This document shows positions 61,295 through 64,000 of a stretch of 64,000 nt of DNA, one piece after another; the stretch's first letter is position 1, and every line of letters starts with the position of its first letter. The notes under the pieces were generated by a model that was not told where the DNA came from, searched no databases, and worked only from the letters and a program-made list of their open reading frames with translations. A program made the position numbers and the translations under genes. The DNA is from Pseudovirgaria hyperparasitica (lineage: Eukaryota), in NCBI GenBank assembly GCA_010093815.1, contig ML996565.1; one strand, 5' to 3'.

Positions 61295-63826
61295 ATGAGC
61301 TTGCTATTACGCTGGGCATCAATTGCCCTCGTGCTGGTCTTCGCCGATGCCTGCCTGCGCGAAAACCTTGTCCCTCGTCTAGCAGCACCGAAATCACACT
61401 CGCTCACGCGACGACAAGCACAATATCCGCCTGTACTAACCGAGCATGAGTCGATACTGGTGAACTCATTCGACAATGCGTCAATTGAGACATGGAGCTA
61501 TTACTACACGCATGGCGAGCATCTGGCTGGGAAGAATCAGACTATGGCGCAGTGGTATGTCAGAACACTACTATCGAACACTACAATACTATGTTTAGTT
61601 GGTGTATGTACGCGTACCAGCAAGCTCCTAACATATGGATGACAGGACTGCGGATCGATGGACCGAGAACGGCATCCAAGCTCATCTGGCTGAATATGTG
61701 GTTTATCTGAACTATCCCGTCTCAAAGGCCCTGACTCTGACTCTCCCTAATGGTACTGTGTTTACGCCGGACTTGGAAGAGGCTGTCTTGGCGCAGGACG
61801 AGACTACGTCGTATCCAAATCGTATTCCTACGTTCCATGGTTACTCTGCAAGTGGTAATGCGTCTGCCGAATACGTCTATGTTGGGTGAGAAACTATCTC
61901 GACATTTTCTGTTAGTATGCTAACCTTCGGATTGCCAGACGGGGTCAGCAGGTTGATTTTGAACGCCTCCTAGCCCTCGGCATTTCACTGGAAGGAAAGA
62001 TTGCTTTAGCGAAATACGGAGGCCCGTTCAGAGGCCTGAAAGTTAAAAACTCCCAAGAGTATGGCATGATTGGGACGATCATCTTCTCTGACCCAGGCGA
62101 TGACGGCAATATTACCGAAGCAAATGGCGAGTACAGTCATCTACAGAATGACCGCATCCTAATCAAGCATTCCAGGTTATGCTCCTTATCCTGACGGACC
62201 TGCGAGGAACCCGACTCAAGTGCAGAAAGGCAGCGTCGAGTTTCTTTCCATATACCCAGGTGACCCGACAACTCCAGGTAAGTCTTCATGTCACATGGCT
62301 GCAAGTAGCATGAACATTTCCAATGCTGACCAGAAGCCAAGGATATCCATCAAAACACGACTCCCCACGCGCCGATGCCTCTGACGTGCTCCCGCACATC
62401 CCATCGCTCCCCATTTCTTATGGAAACGCAATCCCATTCCTCGCCGCCCTCGACGGCCACGGTGTCTCTGGCGAAGAAGTGAATCGTACAAAGTGGATCG
62501 GCGCTCTGAACGTCACATACAGTACTGGCCCTGCGCCCGGTGCTGTCATTGACATGCACAACCTAATGGAGGACGCCATCACGCCTATATGGGATGTCAT
62601 TGACTTCATCAACGGCACAGATCCTGAGGAGACGATTCTGATTGGCAACCACCGCGACGCGTGGCTCGTGGGTGGTGCCGCGGATCCCAACTCTGGGTCT
62701 GCGGTGCTGGTCGAGATGTCCAAGGCTTTCGGAAAGCTTCTGCAAACAGGCTGGAAACCGAGACGAAACATCGTGTTCGCGTCATGGGACGCCGAGGAAT
62801 ACGGCATTGTTGGTTCAACCGAATGGTAAAAACCAACCTCCCTATAGGGATATAAAGACAAACGCTAACATATACTTCTCCAGGGTCGAAGAGTTTGTCA
62901 ACCCCTGGCTCACCAACACGGCGGTTACATATCTCAACATCGACATCGCGTGCTCCGGCCCACGCTTTGACGTCTCCGCCTCACCCGAACTGCACACTCT
63001 CGTACAAGACACCATGAAGAAAGTCCTCTGGCCGCTCCCGGGCGGCGCACCATCAAACCAAACCCTCTACGACATCTGGACCGCCGAAAGCGGCGAGATT
63101 GGCGTCCTCGGCAGCGGCTCCGACTACACGTCCTTTGTGCACCGCGGCATCGGCGCTGTAGACATGGGCGCTGGAGGCGGCGGCAACGACCCCGTCTACC
63201 CATATCACTCCAAGTAAGCCCGCCCTTCTCCTCTCCCTCTTCAATTCACAATGTGTTCTGACAAGACCGACAGCTACGACACATACCACTGGATGACCAC
63301 CTACGGCGACCCAGGCTACCACGTCCACGCCGCCGTCGGCCAATACGCCTCGCTCCTCCTCTACCACCTCTCCACCGACGCCCTAATCCCCTTCGACATC
63401 ACCGCCTGGGGCACCGAACTCGACACCTACCTCTCCGCCCTCACCAGTACACTCGAATCCACCGGCGCAGCAAACTCCCTCGACACCCTCCCTCTCTCCT
63501 CCGCAATCACATACTTCCAATCCCATATCACAGACATCACGTCTGCATACACAAACGCCCTCGTATCCGACGACGCAGCTCTCATCTCCATCGTGAATGC
63601 CAAACTCAGAGACTTCCAGCGCGGATTCATAAGCCAGGGCGGCTTGCCGGGCAGGGAGTTTTATCAGCATGCGATCTATGCGCCGGGGCTGGATACTGGG
63701 TATGCGCCGGTCACGTTTCCTGGCATTACCGAGGCGGTGGACAAGCGCGATTTCGGGCTTGCGGCGGAGTGGGTCGAGAAGACGGCGCGGGCGATTCGGG
63801 TGGCGGCGGATATCTTGAAGACGTGA
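61295..63826 (+). CDS. Glutamate carboxypeptidase II-like metallopeptidase (M28B, PA domain plus TfR-like dimerisation domain)
   Basis: Signal peptide; PTFHGYSASG, GNHRDAW, GAADPNSG, SWDAEEYG, YLNIDIA, GSGSDY, YHSNYD and HAIYAPG. Introns 61555-61645, 61886-61938, 62127-62175 (GC-AG), 62278-62341, 62826-62883 and 63214-63273. Confidence 0.93.
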
Positions 63827-64000
63827 GGGAAGAAAGGGTTGATCTGCGGGGGGCTGGTGTTGAGGTGTTGCAGTGAACGGGGGGTGATGTGGTGGATGGA
63901 GTTGAGAGGTGCGTAGGGGCTCGATTTTACGCACGAGGCTGACTGAACATGGCAGTTGACGATGTTACAAAAGAATGCACTTTGTCTGAAGAAAAACTGT

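Overview
This is eukaryotic DNA from a filamentous ascomycete (Pezizomycotina). The evidence is short spliceosomal introns with CTRAY branch sites, HET-domain genes, and TpA-rich patches that look RIP-mutated. About 20 protein genes can be built by splicing the ORF track by hand. In order: a 5'-truncated peroxisomal 4CL-like acyl-CoA ligase, a ferric reductase, two divergent HET-domain genes, a small Gly-rich protein, RRP43, an F-box-like protein, cryptochrome-DASH, an orphan ORF, an S10 carboxypeptidase, a fasciclin protein, glutamate decarboxylase, a FucP-like MFS transporter, neutral trehalase, MBF1, a KKV-repeat F-box-like protein, HIU hydrolase, Atf1/AtfA, a Dal5-like MFS transporter, NOP58, a probable pseudokinase and an M28B glutamate carboxypeptidase. 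I recognised no tRNA, rRNA, CRISPR array or intact transposon. The most interesting signals are: (1) a head-to-head HET/HET pair, a candidate allorecognition or immune locus; (2) a recurrent, abrupt C-rich to G-rich switch inside the 3' ends of many genes; (3) a ~2.5 kb ORF-poor minus-strand region with splice signals and a strong hairpin, a candidate non-coding transcript; (4) an in-frame intron in the Atf1 basic region; (5) a PTS2-bearing optional N-terminus on HIU hydrolase; (6) a RIP-like decayed Lys-rich ORF. All intron and family calls were made by eye, without database searches.
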